This document shows, in pieces, positions 34,198 through 45,201 of a stretch of DNA of 64,000 bases. The stretch is taken from assembly GCA_964291655.2 (NCBI GenBank), contig OZ219801.1, forward strand, positions 256,001-320,000, given 5' to 3'. Each line of letters starts with the position of its first letter. The first letter of the stretch is position 1. The position numbers were made by a program, and so were the translations under genes. The stretch is from Chloroflexota bacterium (GTDB lineage Bacteria > Chloroflexota > UBA11872 > VXOZ01). The notes below the pieces were generated by a model, which saw nothing but the letters and a program-made list of their open reading frames with translations, did not search any database and had not been told where the DNA came from.

Positions 34198-34485
34198 GCC
34201 TGATACTTGCGCGCCTTTCCAACCTATCTCGCCGCAGACAAGAGTTACCTTCCCTCTCACCCGCTCTATGCTAAACTCCCGGGAGACATGACCTCTTGGG
34301 AACCGGTCAGTTCGCAGGAGTGGCTAGCTGGTCACTTCTTGGCCGATCGGTAGCGTAACCGGAAGCAGTGACGAAAATCACCACCAACGGACTGCCAGTT
34401 CTAACCAGCCCTGAGAAGACTGCTCTCGTTTACTCACAGCGCAACCGGCCCAAAGCAGCAACCAAATAGACCGCGAACAAGGCAC

Positions 34486-35244
34486 ATGCTGCGCGTAGAC
34501 ATCCTTACCATATTCCCAGGCTACTTTCGCGGGCCGCTCGACCACGGCACGCTCAGCCGCGCCGTGCAGGGCGGGCAACTCACCGTTGTCGTGCACAATC
34601 TGCGCAACTGGGCCGAGGGCAAGCACAGAGTCACGGACGACTACACCTTTGGCGGCGGTAGCGGCATGGTCATGAAGCCGGAACCGTTTTTCCGCGGGGT
34701 CGCGGACCTCAAGACGCCGGAATCACATGTCATCCTGCTTAGCCCTTCAGGTCGCCTTCTAAACCAGCAGACTGCCACGGACCTGGCGGCACAGCAGCAC
34801 ATCATCATGCTCTGCGGACGCTATGAAGGTGTGGACGAACGAGTAGGGGCACATCTGGCGGATGACGAAATCTCCATCGGCAACTACGTAGTCAGCGGTG
34901 GCGAGTTACCCGCACTCGTGGTGCTCGATGCGACCGCGCGGCACCTGCCAAACGTGCTCGGCGGCGGGCCTGCCGCCGTCCGTGAGGAATCGTTCGCTAC
35001 CGGACTCCTGGAGTATCCGCACTACACGCGCCCCGCCACCTATCGAGGAATGCACGTGCCTGACGTCTTGCTCTCCGGCAATCATCATGAAGTAGCAAAT
35101 TGGCGACGTCGACAGTCGCTCTTGCGCACCCGCGAGCGTCGGCCCGACCTGCTTACGCATGAAGACTTGAGCGATGCGGACAGGGGCCTCCTTGCCGCAG
35201 AGGTAGACTGCGAATCAGCCGCAAATTGCGAAAACACCGACTAA
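34486..35244 (+). CDS. trmD: tRNA (guanine37-N1)-methyltransferase
   Basis: GGGSGMVMK, CGRYEGVDER, SIGNYV.SGGE, LEYPHYTRP. Confidence 0.97.
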   Translation: MLRVDILTIFPGYFRGPLDHGTLSRAVQGGQLTVVVHNLRNWAEGKHRVTDDYTFGGGSGMVMKPEPFFRGVADLKTPESHVILLSPSGRLLNQQTATDLAAQQHIIMLCGRYEGVDERVGAHLADDEISIGNYVVSGGELPALVVLDATARHLPNVLGGGPAAVREESFATGLLEYPHYTRPATYRGMHVPDVLLSGNHHEVANWRRRQSLLRTRERRPDLLTHEDLSDADRGLLAAEVDCESAANCENTD

Positions 35245-35293
35245 TGTGCTACGGTAGCATGAGTATGTGTTCGTAGAGCTATGAGAAGCAGAG

Positions 35294-35638
35294 ATGACAA
35301 CGATAATTGACGAAATTGTAGGATCGCAGCTAAAATCCGACCTGCCTGAGTTTTCCTCCGGAGATACGGTCCGCGTGAACGTAAAGGTTGTTGAGAGCGG
35401 TCGTGAGCGCACGCAGGCCTTCGAAGGTGTAGTCCTCGCGCGTCGCGCCTCAGGCATAAATGAGAACTTCACTGTACGTCGCACCACGCACGGCATCGGC
35501 GTAGAACGGACATTCTTGCTCCATTCTCCTCGCATTGAGAGTGTAAATGTCGTGCGGCGAGGTAGGGTACGACGTGCGAAGCTGTATTATCTCCGTGATC
35601 GTGTCGGCAAAGCCGCACGTATCAAGGAACGCAGATAG
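35294..35638 (+). CDS. rplS: 50S ribosomal protein L19
   Basis: [25 protein letters not shown]. Confidence 0.98.
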   Translation: MTTIIDEIVGSQLKSDLPEFSSGDTVRVNVKVVESGRERTQAFEGVVLARRASGINENFTVRRTTHGIGVERTFLLHSPRIESVNVVRRGRVRRAKLYYLRDRVGKAARIKERR

Positions 35639-35715
35639 TACGCACCCTACAGGAAGGAATGCCCGCTAGCGTGAAAAACAGCGGGCATTGTCGCGTAATG
35701 CGTACATCCGTTCGC

Positions 35716-36498
35716 ATGGATAGCCTCGAAATAGAGCGGTCTTGGTTGGACCGCGGCGCTACGTTGATTGCCGGAACGGATGAAGTCGGTCGTGGCGCCT
35801 GGGCTGGTCCCGTAGTGGCCGGCATGGTTGCCGTTCCACCAAAGCTCTACCAATCGCTGCCGGTCGAATTGCATGGAGTTGACGATTCCAAGCTACTTAG
35901 TCCGAAGCAGCGCACGGCGCTCGCACCCAGTGTCATGACTCACGTCGCAGCATGGGGCTTGGGCGCGGTAACATCGCGCGAGATCGCGGTCGCCGGCCTT
36001 AGCGCCGCCGTACGTCTTGCCATCCGGCGTGCCTATGCAGACCTCAATGCCAAGCTCCAGCGCGCTCCGGACATTCTGCTTACCGATGCCGTGACCCTGC
36101 CCAATCCGCCGGTCCGCGTAGAGTCCCACCCCAAGGCCGACCAGCGCTGTCTCTCGGTCGCCATGGCCTCCATCCTCGCCAAAGTGCACCGCGACTGGCT
36201 AATGCGCCGCTTCGGTCAGATCTATCCCAGCTATGACTTTGCCAACAACAAGGGATACGGCACGCGCAGACATCAGTTGGCGTTGTCGCGGCTTGGCCCC
36301 TGCGCCATTCACCGCGCTACCTACCTTCCCGTCATGCGTGCCGCGTCTCAGCTTCTTCACCCAGCGCATGTAGCCCTAAGTTCCAATGTAGACCCAAGCG
36401 AAGCATGCCAGGATGCCGACTCAGGTCGTCAATGCATTGCAGCAGTGGCAGAAACTGCCTCCAACGTGCAAAGCAGCCAGTGGGGAGCCGGCCCATGA
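35716..36498 (+). CDS. rnhB: Ribonuclease HII
   Basis: GTDEVGRG..AGPV, DSK, ASILAKV.RD, NKGYGT; start could be 35659. Confidence 0.94.
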   Translation: MDSLEIERSWLDRGATLIAGTDEVGRGAWAGPVVAGMVAVPPKLYQSLPVELHGVDDSKLLSPKQRTALAPSVMTHVAAWGLGAVTSREIAVAGLSAAVRLAIRRAYADLNAKLQRAPDILLTDAVTLPNPPVRVESHPKADQRCLSVAMASILAKVHRDWLMRRFGQIYPSYDFANNKGYGTRRHQLALSRLGPCAIHRATYLPVMRAASQLLHPAHVALSSNVDPSEACQDADSGRQCIAAVAETASNVQSSQWGAGP

Positions 36499-36869
36499 GT
36501 GCAAGCCGGGAGCGCCAAACCATTGGACGATGGGGAGAGGAAGAGGCGGCCCGTTACCTAGCCGTGCAGGGCTACACTATTTTGACCCGCAACTATCGCA
36601 CCCCAGCGGGAGAATTGGACATAGTCGCGCGAGATGGCGACGCCATCGTGTTTGTTGAGGTAAAGACTCGGCGTACAACCAGTTTTGGGCCTCCCCAAGC
36701 GGCTGTGACCGCAGCCAAAGCTGCACACATTATCGCGGCGGCCCAGCATTACCTGCTTGACACCGAACAGATTGACGGGCCATGGCGAATTGACGTAGTA
36801 GCAGTTTTCGGCAACCCAAAGTCTTCGCCCCAAATAACGCTCATTCGCAGTGCAGTGGAGGCAAACTAA
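36495..36869 (+). CDS. yraN: YraN family (UPF0102) PD-(D/E)xK nuclease
   Basis: G.WGE..A, RNYR...GELDIVA, VFVEVKTR, RIDVV; ATGA overlap with rnhB. Confidence 0.92.
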   Translation: MSASRERQTIGRWGEEEAARYLAVQGYTILTRNYRTPAGELDIVARDGDAIVFVEVKTRRTTSFGPPQAAVTAAKAAHIIAAAQHYLLDTEQIDGPWRIDVVAVFGNPKSSPQITLIRSAVEAN

Positions 36870-36874
36870 AGCGC

Positions 36875-37948
36875 ATGCCAACGCTATGGAATTCGTCATT
36901 CACACGTGAAGAGCTTCTCTCCCGTGTCGGCAGCATGGACCAAGTCGGCGGGGCACGGCGGCTCCGTTGGGAAGAGGGGCCGGAAGACGCCATGCTTGCC
37001 GCCGAGATGCGCACCGGTTCGGGCTTGAACCTCTGGATCACGCCGACTCGCGGCCTGGACGTCGCACACGCCGAGTATAACGGTATCCCTTTAGCGTGGC
37101 GGTCTCGCACGGGCGACGTCCACAGCGCGTATTTTGAACCTCCCGGGCTCGGGTGGCTGCGCGGGTTCTTCGGCGGACTCATCACCACGTGCGGGCTCAC
37201 TTACCTGGGTGCGGCGGGCCCGGATCGGGAAGAAGACCTTGGCATCCACGGCCGCATTTCCTATACTGCAGCCCGGAACGTCCTTGTAGACAACGACTGG
37301 GACGGCGACGACTACGTGATGCGCGTGCAGGGGAAGCTGACCGAGAGCGCGGTTTTTGGTAATACCCTGGTGCTTACGCGCCGCATTACGGCGCGCTTAG
37401 GTGAGCCGCGGTTCTTCGTGCACGATAGTGTGGAGAATAGAGGACGCGAGCGTAGCCCATTCATGCTGCTTTACCACGTCAACATCGGCTTTCCGTTAGT
37501 GCATCGTGATTCACGGCTTCTCCTACCGACGGAACACGTTACACCACGTGACGAGGCCGCCCAAGTGGGGCATGAATTGTACGATCGTTTTGAAGACCCC
37601 ACACCAGACTATGCAGAACGCGTCTATTTCCATGCCATGAAACCGAATTCAGAAGGACGCGCGCAAGCTGCAATCGTGAATCCCGGCTTGCGCGACGGCA
37701 TCGGCGTGTATCTTCGCTATGACCCTCGGGAGCTCCCGTGCTTTACCGAGTGGAAGATGATGAATAGCGATGAGTACGTCGTCGGCTTGGAACCGGGTAA
37801 CTGCCTGCCGCTGGGGCGTGCTGTGGAGCGAAGCGAGGGCAGGCTGCGAAACTTGGAACCGGGAGAGGTGCAAGAGTTTCACCTCGAATGCGGCGTGTTG
37901 GACGGCAGCCAGGCAATCCGATCCTTCGAACAGGCCATGCGATCATGA
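36875..37948 (+). CDS. Aldose 1-epimerase-like protein (DUF4432 family)
   Basis: RGLDV..A, WLRGF.GGL.TTCGL, GIHGR, LYHVNIG, GLEPG. Confidence 0.8.
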   Translation: MPTLWNSSFTREELLSRVGSMDQVGGARRLRWEEGPEDAMLAAEMRTGSGLNLWITPTRGLDVAHAEYNGIPLAWRSRTGDVHSAYFEPPGLGWLRGFFGGLITTCGLTYLGAAGPDREEDLGIHGRISYTAARNVLVDNDWDGDDYVMRVQGKLTESAVFGNTLVLTRRITARLGEPRFFVHDSVENRGRERSPFMLLYHVNIGFPLVHRDSRLLLPTEHVTPRDEAAQVGHELYDRFEDPTPDYAERVYFHAMKPNSEGRAQAAIVNPGLRDGIGVYLRYDPRELPCFTEWKMMNSDEYVVGLEPGNCLPLGRAVERSEGRLRNLEPGEVQEFHLECGVLDGSQAIRSFEQAMRS

Positions 37949-38682
37949 AGCCAATCACCGTCCTCTGGTCCGATGGTGTCAGTGAAGCAGAAGCCAAAGA
38001 GTCCATTGGCGCCATGCGCGACTTTCTGCGCTATCTGCGGGGAGTCGCCGATGAACAGGACATCGGCCTCGCGCCGATAGTCTTGCGCCCATACGGCAAC
38101 TGGATACTCAAAGGCACCGCCGGCAAGGAAGCGTACCACTCATTCCGTTGGTACTGGGAATCTAGCCTCGACCAAAACACAGGACAGGTTTCCGCCGCAA
38201 CTTTCATAGAAATCGTCCGCTTTGAACCCTGGCAGCACGTCGATCCTCACCTGGATCTTGCTCTCCTGCACACAGAGTTGCGTAACGACACGACGGAAAC
38301 AGAAGGTGACTTTCCTTCAGTCTTCGCCTGCACCGAGCCCGACTTGGTCACAGTGATTTCTATCCGCCACCTTTCGCAAATTGCGGACTGCGATTTGCGT
38401 CTCAAGTGCCTGCGGAGTCTCGTCATGCATAACTTCGGTCATCTCGTCGGGCTTCCCATAGGCTTACAAACAACGAAACAGCACACGATAAGTGAATCAG
38501 TTGTAGACGCCAAGACTCGGGGACGAACGTGCGCGCTACCTTGTATCATGTACGAAGCACAGTCAATTGATGAGTTGATGGCGATTGCTACAGCAAGAGA
38601 AGACGACAGTCCGTTTCTGTGTGAGTTGTGTCAGGAAGTGATGCGCGAGATAGTGTTCACCCTGCACTTCTCTCCCAATTAG
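37945..38682 (+). CDS. Archaemetzincin-like protein with degenerate metal site
   Basis: HNFGHLVGLP...C-x3-CIM...LCELC resembles HExGHxxGLxHC..CxM..CxxC; ATGA overlap with the upstream gene. Confidence 0.55.
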   Translation: MKPITVLWSDGVSEAEAKESIGAMRDFLRYLRGVADEQDIGLAPIVLRPYGNWILKGTAGKEAYHSFRWYWESSLDQNTGQVSAATFIEIVRFEPWQHVDPHLDLALLHTELRNDTTETEGDFPSVFACTEPDLVTVISIRHLSQIADCDLRLKCLRSLVMHNFGHLVGLPIGLQTTKQHTISESVVDAKTRGRTCALPCIMYEAQSIDELMAIATAREDDSPFLCELCQEVMREIVFTLHFSPN

Positions 38683-38743
38683 GCGGCATGCATAGCCTGT
38701 ACAGAGCTAAAGGCTACATGAGAGACGAATCACCACTGGAATT

Positions 38744-39670
38744 ATGAAGCAACTTGACCGCTTTCGCGGCACACTCGTTGGACTTGCCATAGGAGAGTGT
38801 CTCGGCGCAACCACCGAAGGCATGACGCCGCGAGAGATTCGCACCCGGTATGGATTGTTGCGAGACTTGCGAGGTCCCGCTACCGCCAGTGCCGGTGAAA
38901 TTGGCAATCAAGCCCGCTGCCTTGCAGAGAGTCTCGTCGCCTGCGGCGAATATGATCCGGAAGACGCCCTCCAGCGTTTGGTCGCATGGTCGTTTAGTTC
39001 ACAGGGCGTCCTCTCCCAGGACGTAACCAACCGCACGCTTGCCAAAGTAGCCACCGGGATGATGTGGGAGCACGCTTCGTCACTCACGTATTGGGAGTCC
39101 GGCGGCAAGACGACGGGCATTCACGTCGTGGGCCGGTGCGCGCCATTGGCCCTACTCTTCGCCCAGCATCCGGAGCAGAACATAGCCGCCACGTACAGCA
39201 GCGCCCGGCTTACGCACTATGATCGCATGTGGAGCTGGGCAGCCGTCACGCTCAACCTCATTATCTCCGCGCTCATTGCCGGCAACACCATCAAGGACTC
39301 TCTCAAGCTAATCTTGGACCACATGGAAGACTACGACGTGCCCGTACCGGTCTTAGAGCGGCTGTCCCAATTGGAAGCAACCACGTACATTCACCCATCC
39401 ACAATGGCATTCGATGCATTGGAAGCCGCCATTGTATGCCTGCTGCGCACGGAGACCGCGTCTTCGACGAAGTCAGCCGAGTCAGCGCTGGTTGAAGCCA
39501 TAAACTTGGGAGGCGCAAGTCAAGCGACGGGTGCAGTCTGCGGCGCGCTGGTGGGAGCTTCGCACGGGCTCTCTCACCTGCCCGACCGCTGGTGGCAACG
39601 TCTCGAAGACGTAGAGGCATTCGTCGAACTGGCTGACAGTCTCTGCAGCCTTGTGCACGAATCCCCTTGA
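38744..39670 (+). CDS. ADP-ribosylglycohydrolase (ARH/DraG) fold protein, predicted inactive
   Basis: RFRGTLVGLAIGECLG, RCAP, ARLTH, AINLGG...TGAVCGAL.GA.HG...LP.RW. Confidence 0.82.
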   Translation: MKQLDRFRGTLVGLAIGECLGATTEGMTPREIRTRYGLLRDLRGPATASAGEIGNQARCLAESLVACGEYDPEDALQRLVAWSFSSQGVLSQDVTNRTLAKVATGMMWEHASSLTYWESGGKTTGIHVVGRCAPLALLFAQHPEQNIAATYSSARLTHYDRMWSWAAVTLNLIISALIAGNTIKDSLKLILDHMEDYDVPVPVLERLSQLEATTYIHPSTMAFDALEAAIVCLLRTETASSTKSAESALVEAINLGGASQATGAVCGALVGASHGLSHLPDRWWQRLEDVEAFVELADSLCSLVHESP

Positions 39671-40365
39671 AGCTTCCTGCCCCTCTGCAAGAAGCACAGT
39701 TTCTCTCGCGACCCAATCGCTTTACGTGTCTCGTGCAACTTCCGCGCCAAAGCAAACCCGTTTCCGCGCATCTTCCCGATCCGGGCAGGCTGCGTGAACT
39801 GCTGCGGCCCGGCGCCCGCGTGTGGCTGGAACCAAAGTCCGGCGCCCAGCGCAAGACTCGATTCCAGGTGTGGTTGGTGGAAAAAGACCAGACCCTCGTC
39901 TCACTGAACACACAGCTACCGAACGATCTCGTCCAGGAAGCCTTAGAGCAGGGCAGCCTCTCTGAGCTTAGTCAGTACACTTCATGGAAGCGGGAGTGCC
40001 GCGTTGGTAGCAGCCGGCTAGATTTCTTCTTAGAGAATGCCGGCGGCGCCTGCTGGATGGAGGTAAAATCGGTCACGCTTGTGGAAGATGGCCGCGGCCT
40101 ATTCCCCGATGCACCAACGGAACGTGGACGCAAACACGTGGCTGAGCTAACGAAGCTCCGACAGTCCGGCGCGCGGGCAGTCGTCTTCTTCGTCGTGCAG
40201 CGCGACGATGCTGTTAGCGTCGCAGCCAACCACCGCACTGACGCCAAGTTTGCCCAAGCTCTACATACTGCCCATCGCTGTGGCGTAGAGTTGATCGCCT
40301 ACAATTGCGTGGTTACGTCAGCCCTTGCAGCAATAAACCAGCGCATTCCTGTGATCGTGGACTAG
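39667..40365 (+). CDS. sfsA: SfsA family DNA-binding protein/nuclease
   Basis: RPNRF, H..DPGRLRELL.PG, SRLDF, EVKSVTL, FPDAPTERGRKH. Confidence 0.93.
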   Translation: MKLPAPLQEAQFLSRPNRFTCLVQLPRQSKPVSAHLPDPGRLRELLRPGARVWLEPKSGAQRKTRFQVWLVEKDQTLVSLNTQLPNDLVQEALEQGSLSELSQYTSWKRECRVGSSRLDFFLENAGGACWMEVKSVTLVEDGRGLFPDAPTERGRKHVAELTKLRQSGARAVVFFVVQRDDAVSVAANHRTDAKFAQALHTAHRCGVELIAYNCVVTSALAAINQRIPVIVD

Positions 40366-40617
40366 CGCTGCTTAAGCGCCGCTGACATCGGTGGAGAGAA
40401 AGTGCAAAACGCCTAATTCAACGCGACAACTCTACTCAACATTCTGCTGATATAGCACCGGCAGATTGCAACTCTCGGCATCTCACCTTAAGTAGAATGG
40501 CCGAACCGGATGCCTCATTCCTACCCACGTGGAGTGTTGTAGTGCAGGCAAAATTCCGATTCGACCGCAATCGCAGTTTAAGAAGATTCTATAGTCGCCC
40601 GTCGAGCTAGGAATAGC

Positions 40618-41388
40618 TTAGTCCGGTGCAACAATTGGATTGGCGAGCGTGCCGATATTGTCGATGAGTACTTCCACGCGGTCGCCAACCTCCATCGGCC
40701 CTATGCCGCTTGGGGTGCCCGTTATGATTACGTCACCCGGCAACAGCGTGAACGCCTGCGACACATAGTGAACGATATAGTCCGGCTTGAACACCATGTC
40801 GGCCGTATTGCTGTCCTGCTTCGTTTCACCGTTAAGTTTTGTCTGGATCCGCAATCCAACCGGATCGATTTCGTTTACGAGCACCGGCCCCAGCGGGCAG
40901 AACGTGTCCATTCCTTTAGCGCGCGCCCACTGCCCGTCACTGCGCTGCAAATCCCGCGCGCTGACATCATTGGCGCAGGTGTAGCCGGCGACCACGTCCA
41001 GCGCCTCGTCTACCGAGACGCGATGGGCGGTCTTGCCAATCACCATCGCCAATTCACACTCATAGTCCAACTGCGTAGTGAGGTGGGAATAGATTACACC
41101 TTCTTCATGGCCAATAATGGCCGTCGGCGGTTTCAAGAACAGCATCGGCTCTTTTGGAATCTCCATCCCGCTCTCTTCGGCATGGAGCTTATAGTTTAAA
41201 CCCACACAGATTACCTTCGTTGGTGATGCGGGTGGCAAGACGTGCAAGTCCCACGGAGCGACAGACCGATTGCTCCGCGACCATCCTGTGAATGGATCAC
41301 CCACTACTGGCGTAACAGTATCTCCCTCAACAATTCCCCACGCCGGGCGAGAACCGTCTTGATATCGAACGAATTTCACCTGCAACAC
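40618..41388 (-). CDS. Fumarylacetoacetate hydrolase family protein
   Basis: CVGLNY..H, DYECEL, NDVSARD, KGMDTFCPLGP, PGDVIITGTP. Confidence 0.93.
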   Translation of the reverse strand: MLQVKFVRYQDGSRPAWGIVEGDTVTPVVGDPFTGWSRSNRSVAPWDLHVLPPASPTKVICVGLNYKLHAEESGMEIPKEPMLFLKPPTAIIGHEEGVIYSHLTTQLDYECELAMVIGKTAHRVSVDEALDVVAGYTCANDVSARDLQRSDGQWARAKGMDTFCPLGPVLVNEIDPVGLRIQTKLNGETKQDSNTADMVFKPDYIVHYVSQAFTLLPGDVIITGTPSGIGPMEVGDRVEVLIDNIGTLANPIVAPD

Positions 41389-41582
41389 TCCTTTAGATAC
41401 GTCTATCCCTCAACAAGGATAGTGTTTATCGCTGGCAGATGCAAAGCGCGCCACGTAGGGTAGCTCCGCCGATGAAGGTGAATGGCAATTGTCAGCGTGT
41501 GCATCAATCGTCAGTGGAATACCCTCCAGCAAGAAGTGATTCCGTCAGATTGCGCCGGAGACTTAGCCGGACAAGACCACCC

Positions 41583-42557
41583 TTACTGCATCGGTTGCGC
41601 CGCGAGTTCCTGACGAAAGTAAGCAATTGTCTCTGCCAAGCCTTCCTCCAAAGAAACTTCCGGAGTCCAGCCCAACCACGTCCGAGCCTTGGTAATGTCA
41701 GGACGTCGCCTTCTGGGATCATCTGCCGGCAGGGGCTTATGCACAATGGGTACATTGGTGCCGGTCAAGCGCACAATCATGTCGGCAAAATCGCGGATGC
41801 TGCGCTCGTCAGGGTTGCCCAGGTTGAAAATCTCTCCTTGTGTCTCGGCCGTAAACATAGCCGCAGCAATGCCGCGGACCAGATCGCCCACGAAACAGAA
41901 TGAGCGAGTCTGCGTGCCGTCGCCATATATCGAAATCGGTTTTCCCGCCAGCGCCTGCGCGATGAAGTTCGGTACGACCCGACCATCGCGGGGGTCATTT
42001 CGGGGACCGTAGGTGTTGAATATGCGAATTATGCGGGCATCAACCGCGTGCTGACGCACGAACTCCATGGTCAAAGCCTCACCAAAACGCTTTCCCTCGT
42101 CATAGCATGCCCGCGGCCCAACTGGATTGACATTTCCCCAATAAGTTTCGGGCTGAGGATGAACAAGTGGATCGCCGTAGACTTCGGACGTGGAAGCGTA
42201 GAGAAACTTTGCACCGTTTTCCCGTGCCAAGGTAAGCAGATTCTCCGTGCCGACAGAGTTTACTCGCAGCGTCGCAAGGGGGTACTGTAAGTAGCCCTCA
42301 GGGCTGGCGGGGCTCGCTAGATGAAATACCGCCTCTCCCTGCCATGCGATTGGCTCGGTGACGTCGTGGTCTTGGAGAGTAAATCGGTCGTCTTCCGCAA
42401 GATGTGCAACATTCTTGGCACGACCGGTTATGCCGCTATCAACGGCTGTGACCGTGTGTCCTTGGGCGATCAAGTAATCACAGAGATGCGAACCGACAAA
42501 TCCCGCCCCACCTGCGACCAGAATCCTCACTGAATCCACCGCCTCTTCGCTGCTCAC
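41583..42557 (-). CDS. UDP-glucuronate decarboxylase-like NAD-dependent epimerase/dehydratase
   Basis: GGAGFVG, HLASPASP, STSEVYGDP, YDEGK, RIFNTYGPR. Confidence 0.92.
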   Translation of the reverse strand: MSSEEAVDSVRILVAGGAGFVGSHLCDYLIAQGHTVTAVDSGITGRAKNVAHLAEDDRFTLQDHDVTEPIAWQGEAVFHLASPASPEGYLQYPLATLRVNSVGTENLLTLARENGAKFLYASTSEVYGDPLVHPQPETYWGNVNPVGPRACYDEGKRFGEALTMEFVRQHAVDARIIRIFNTYGPRNDPRDGRVVPNFIAQALAGKPISIYGDGTQTRSFCFVGDLVRGIAAAMFTAETQGEIFNLGNPDERSIRDFADMIVRLTGTNVPIVHKPLPADDPRRRRPDITKARTWLGWTPEVSLEEGLAETIAYFRQELAAQPMQ

Positions 42558-42805
42558 AACGCGCGCTCATTGTAACACGCGCTTAAGCCCCTCGTGACCA
42601 GCTTCAAAATTCGCAACAGTAGGTTGCTGGCAATTGTAAGCATGTTTCCCAAGCGGTTTCCTACGTACCGACCGTTGGCATGCGTTGCTGGTAATCGGCA
42701 GATCACCACATTCCACGAGAAGTGCAGCTGCCCCTCTGCCTCAATCCCTGCCCATTGGATGCGATGGGCTTCAACGATGTCGATACAAGAAAGTGCACGT
42801 GTCGG

Positions 42806-42872
42806 TTGACTCAAAAGGTTCAGGGGTGTTACTATGATCTTTGCCTGTTTTTACACAGGCGGCTCCTTAACA
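42806..42872 (+). promoter_or_regulatory. Putative rRNA promoter and boxA-like element
   Basis: TTGACT (42806-42811), 18 nt, TGn-TACTAT (42827-42835); GCTCCTTAACA at about 42862-42872 resembles boxA GCTCTTTAACA. Confidence 0.55.
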
Positions 42873-42965
42873 GGTGAAGAGTGATGAAGGTAAGAGTGTT
42901 TATCGTAGGAGAGTTAGGCGCGAACATTTCGGGATACGGCGGTACTTTTTTTCTGTTATCGCTTT

Positions 42966-44498
<1,533 letters not shown>

Positions 44499-44619
44499 CT
44501 AGGGTTTTTTACCCATTCCCGCCTATCCCTTGTTCACATACTCTCTCCTTACAAACACCCCCCTTCATCACCCTCCACCTGCTAATACCCGCCTCACTCC
44601 TACACTTACTCCAACGAAT

Positions 44620-44654
44620 GAAACCCCCTCCATGAGGAGGGGTCTTTCAATTTT
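44620..44654 (+). terminator. Intrinsic terminator-like hairpin after 16S
   Basis: CCCCTCC-ATGA-GGAGGGG followed by TCTTTCAATTTT. Confidence 0.55.
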
Positions 44655-44952
44655 GACGCGAAGAACCCCTACACTTCTCGCGACGAAACATGAGTGGCCT
44701 TGCTAGGCTATTCAGTGAATCCCAATCGCGGGCACTCCACCTCAAGCCGTCAGCTCACTTTCGCCTAAACCCTTGCCCAAGCCGTCAACTTCACCAGCAT
44801 ATCCGCCGTTAACGGGCTTGGCGCATGGCTTCAATCTGCCTGCCGCGCCCTGCGCGGCACAGTTGCACACACCTTCAGGCTGCGCTATATTCCTTCTGTG
44901 CCTTGGGTCTCGCGCCGTCCCCAAAGACGCAACGGACGTGCAGTGGGGCGGG

Positions 44953-44961
44953 TGGTATAAT
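44953..44961 (+). promoter_or_regulatory. Extended -10 promoter upstream of the tRNA pair
   Basis: TGgTATAAT, 32 nt upstream of tRNA-Ile. Confidence 0.6.
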
Positions 44962-44993
44962 AGGGGATGAATCGGCGAACCCTGGCAGTTTGC

Positions 44994-45070
44994 GGGCCAC
45001 TAGCTCAGTTGGTTAGAGCGCGCCCCTGATAAGGGCGAGGTCTGTGGTTCAAATCCACAGTGGCCCACCA
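44994..45070 (+). tRNA. tRNA-Ile (GAT)
   Basis: GGGCCAC/GTGGCCC acceptor stem, CTGATAA anticodon loop, GGTTCAAATCC T-arm, encoded CCA. Confidence 0.97.
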
Positions 45071-45125
45071 TTGCAAGCAAAATCGGCTTCGCGCTGGTGT
45101 TGCGTTTCTGGTCTGATCGCCGCAC

Positions 45126-45201
45126 GGGGATGTAGCTCAGTTGGGAGAGCACCTCCTTTGCAAGGAGGGGGTCAGGAGTTCGAGTCTCCTCATCTCCACC
45201 A
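45126..45201 (+). tRNA. tRNA-Ala (TGC)
   Basis: GGGGATG/CATCTCC with G3:U70, TTTGCAA loop, GTTCGAGT T-loop, encoded CCA. Confidence 0.97.
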
